Source: Candidatus Collierbacteria bacterium (lineage in GTDB: Bacteria > Patescibacteriota > Microgenomatia > UBA1400 > MFAQ01). From it: DNA of 43,617 bases. Position numbers and translations under genes: made by a program. Numbering within the stretch: position 1 is the stretch's first letter; each line of letters starts with the position of its first letter. This document shows, piece by piece, positions 41,334 through 43,617 of the stretch. The notes beneath the pieces are model-generated. The model made no database searches. It had not been told where the DNA came from and saw nothing but the letters and a program-made list of their open reading frames with translations. The stretch covers positions 1-43,617 of the forward strand of contig JAHFKQ010000001.1 of the NCBI GenBank assembly GCA_023245265.1, given 5' to 3'.

Positions 41334-42407
41334 TCACACATCAAAATCTCCCAGTAAGATTATCTCGTTCTCCAACTCCAAACCAATTGTTTCTTTAGCT
41401 CTTTTGGCTATTTCATCTCTCACCGCCAAATAATCTTTCGCTGTTGCTCCGCCGGTATTAACAATAAAGTTATGGTGGTCGGTGGAAATCATAGCTCCAC
41501 CAACCTTAAAACCGTTCATATTCAAAATATGTTCCACAATGTAGCCGGTCGAGGTTGTCGGATACCCCATGATCTCGGCATCCCGTTTGGATATATTTTT
41601 AAATACACAGCCGGCCGAGTTAAATGGTTGCGAAGATTTTCTTTTTCGCCACTCTTCCGCCACTTCCCTCGCTTTTTGAACATCACCCTTTTTTAATCTC
41701 AAGGTCACCGCCAATATTATTTCACCGGTCTCTTGGAACCTTGATTTGTCATACCCCAGTCTCATTTCTTTAGCCGGAATTTTAGTCACCCCACTATGCT
41801 TATCCAACACTGTCACCTCTTTGATTAGTTCGGCCAAAGTATGGCTCCCCCCGTGAATATTGTTAAATACGGCTCCCCCCATCGTCCCCGGAATTCTGGC
41901 ATACCACTGCAATCCGGTAACTCCTTGTTCAAAAAGGTTATACATTGCCGCTTGCAGGTTTACCCCTGCGTCGATTACCACCTCCACTTCCGGAAAGCGA
42001 CTCTCATCATAATCCAGATCCGTAAAATCGTATTTTTTAGTTCCCTGATCGGCCACTTCCCACCGTGACTCTATCGGGATGACTTTATCCCGATGAAAAC
42101 CAAAAAACTTCTTTTCCCTTATTTTTAGTTCCCCACCACTATTTTGTATTGTTAGACCCTTGATCCCCCCATCACTCACTAAAATATTACTTCCTCCTCC
42201 TATCACGGTGAACGGCACCCCAAAGCTTCTGGCCAGTCTGACGGCTTTGATTAATTCTCCGGAGTTCTTTGCCTCAAAAAATAATTCGGCCGGTCCACCT
42301 ATCTTGAGAGTCGTATGGAGCGACAAAGGTTCATTTATTTTAACCTCTTTGTCTCCCAGTGTTTTGATTAGGCTATCGATATTACTCAAGCTCCTAAATT
42401 CTACCAT
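41334..42407 (-). CDS. murB: UDP-N-acetylmuramate dehydrogenase
   Basis: HTTLKIGGPA, GGGSNILVSD, IPGTMGGA, SAGCVFKN, HHNFIVN and LENE motifs. Confidence 0.95.
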   Translation of the reverse strand: MVEFRSLSNIDSLIKTLGDKEVKINEPLSLHTTLKIGGPAELFFEAKNSGELIKAVRLARSFGVPFTVIGGGSNILVSDGGIKGLTIQNSGGELKIREKKFFGFHRDKVIPIESRWEVADQGTKKYDFTDLDYDESRFPEVEVVIDAGVNLQAAMYNLFEQGVTGLQWYARIPGTMGGAVFNNIHGGSHTLAELIKEVTVLDKHSGVTKIPAKEMRLGYDKSRFQETGEIILAVTLRLKKGDVQKAREVAEEWRKRKSSQPFNSAGCVFKNISKRDAEIMGYPTTSTGYIVEHILNMNGFKVGGAMISTDHHNFIVNTGGATAKDYLAVRDEIAKRAKETIGLELENEIILLGDFDV

Positions 42408-43617
42408 TTACACCACCAGACAGTCGGCATATTTTTCTTTCAAAGCCAACTCCAATTTTTTCTTACCTTCATAACCAATTGTCAGCAGAATCCTTACCGT
42501 AAACCTTTCTTGTTCATCCACCTTTTCCACCTTACTTCTGGCATCACCTCCAAAGCGGCTCACCATTTGCGCCAACTCTTTCGATATTCCTATTTTATTT
42601 TCTCCTTTAATCAAGATCGAAGTATACCGGCCCTTGACTATCCCCATTTCATCTAGTTTTCTTCTAATGGTGTTCAGGTCAAACCCATATGCCACCTTGT
42701 AGTACAAGTCATTTACCCCATTCCAACATCCCAGATCCATCAGCATTTTATCTACCACTTTAGTTTCCAAATCCAGTAAATTTAAGACACCTCTTTCTCT
42801 CAATACTTCTGCCATCAATATTTCTTTTCCTCGTCCCACTTCTTCGTCTCTTTGTGAGATTAAGAGTTGTTGCTCTACCAGCCGTTTGGTATGGGCATTC
42901 CCATAACGAAGCCAATCAGCTTTTGGTTTTGTTTGTTCCTGGTCGAAAATAATTTCTACCAAGCTGGCATTTGGGACCACCATTTCCAGTTCACACATTT
43001 TCCCATCGACTAACATTCCGACTGCCCGCAGTCCCAGAAGCGGATTTAATTTATATGCCAGGTCAATGCCCGTAGCTTCCAGCTCCATAAAAAACAATTC
43101 TTTCTTCGGGGTAAAGATTTTTTTTCTTTTAAAAAGTTCCGGGTTCTTTATAATTTCTTCTTGGCTCAAGCTCACTACTCCCCAATTATTAAAGTTTTCT
43201 CGGTTTTTGGTAGAGAAAGCTATCTCGACATCACCCTCTTCGAAGTGATAAGTGTCGTGCAAAGCCGAGTAACCATTATTGGCTTTATTGACAAGATAAT
43301 CATTATGCCTCTGCTTCATGAGTTTTTCCCCATACAGCATTCGGACCATCCCCAGCGCTTTATAACAATCAGCCAGGTTTTCTTCTTCCAAAATAATCCT
43401 GAAACTTATTGCATCGGAAATATCGGCGAAACCATTGGTCCGGGAACTGGCCCGCATACCAAATTTCTTCTGTTTCTCGGCCATTTCCCAGTATCCTCCC
43501 ACTTGATGTTCTACTTTGGCCTTGAGTCCGGCTTTTCTTAGTTGGTCACCGATTTCATTTTCTCGTTTCTCTACAAAATAAATATTTAACCTCGGATCTG
43601 AATCAATTTTCTCCTTA
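42408..43617 (-). CDS. RelA/SpoT-like protein (degenerate synthetase, TGS and ACT-like regions); 5' end outside the window
   Basis: D.ISFRI, DY...NGYSALH and FTPK....ATGIDLAY (TGS); the frame stays open to the window end. Confidence 0.8.
   Translation of the reverse strand, partial: KEKIDSDPRLNIYFVEKRENEIGDQLRKAGLKAKVEHQVGGYWEMAEKQKKFGMRASSRTNGFADISDAISFRIILEEENLADCYKALGMVRMLYGEKLMKQRHNDYLVNKANNGYSALHDTYHFEEGDVEIAFSTKNRENFNNWGVVSLSQEEIIKNPELFKRKKIFTPKKELFFMELEATGIDLAYKLNPLLGLRAVGMLVDGKMCELEMVVPNASLVEIIFDQEQTKPKADWLRYGNAHTKRLVEQQLLISQRDEEVGRGKEILMAEVLRERGVLNLLDLETKVVDKMLMDLGCWNGVNDLYYKVAYGFDLNTIRRKLDEMGIVKGRYTSILIKGENKIGISKELAQMVSRFGGDARSKVEKVDEQERFTVRILLTIGYEGKKKLELALKEKYADCLVV

Overview
The window looks like a Patescibacteria (CPR) chromosome, probably Microgenomates, inferred from divergent 16S primer sites, unlinked rRNA genes and apparently leaderless core genes. 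All five rrn components lie on the minus strand in canonical order but are spread over about 27 kb: 16S, tRNA-Ile, about 20 kb of protein genes, then tRNA-Ala, 23S (with a 292-nt group I intron at L2500) and 5S. Recognisable genes include leuS, mnmA, murB, a Dus enzyme, a RelA/SpoT-like fragment, a CHASE/PAS kinase with its regulator, an FNT channel, SIMPL, nicotinamidase and several HD, NUDIX, HAD and MBL hydrolases. The most notable signals are: (1) related RPE/MITE-like palindromes inserted in frame in two adjacent genes; (2) self-contained accessory transcription units sharing a GACTTAmAArGTTCG leader motif, boxA-like tracts and strong SD sites; (3) a terminator/antiterminator just before tRNA-Ala-23S; (4) a circularly permuted DsbA; (5) an operon with three ATP-grasp ligases, an aspartyl protease domain and a 7TM protein; (6) two stand-alone C39 peptidases with a candidate double-Gly substrate. 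All calls were made by eye and no searches were run.
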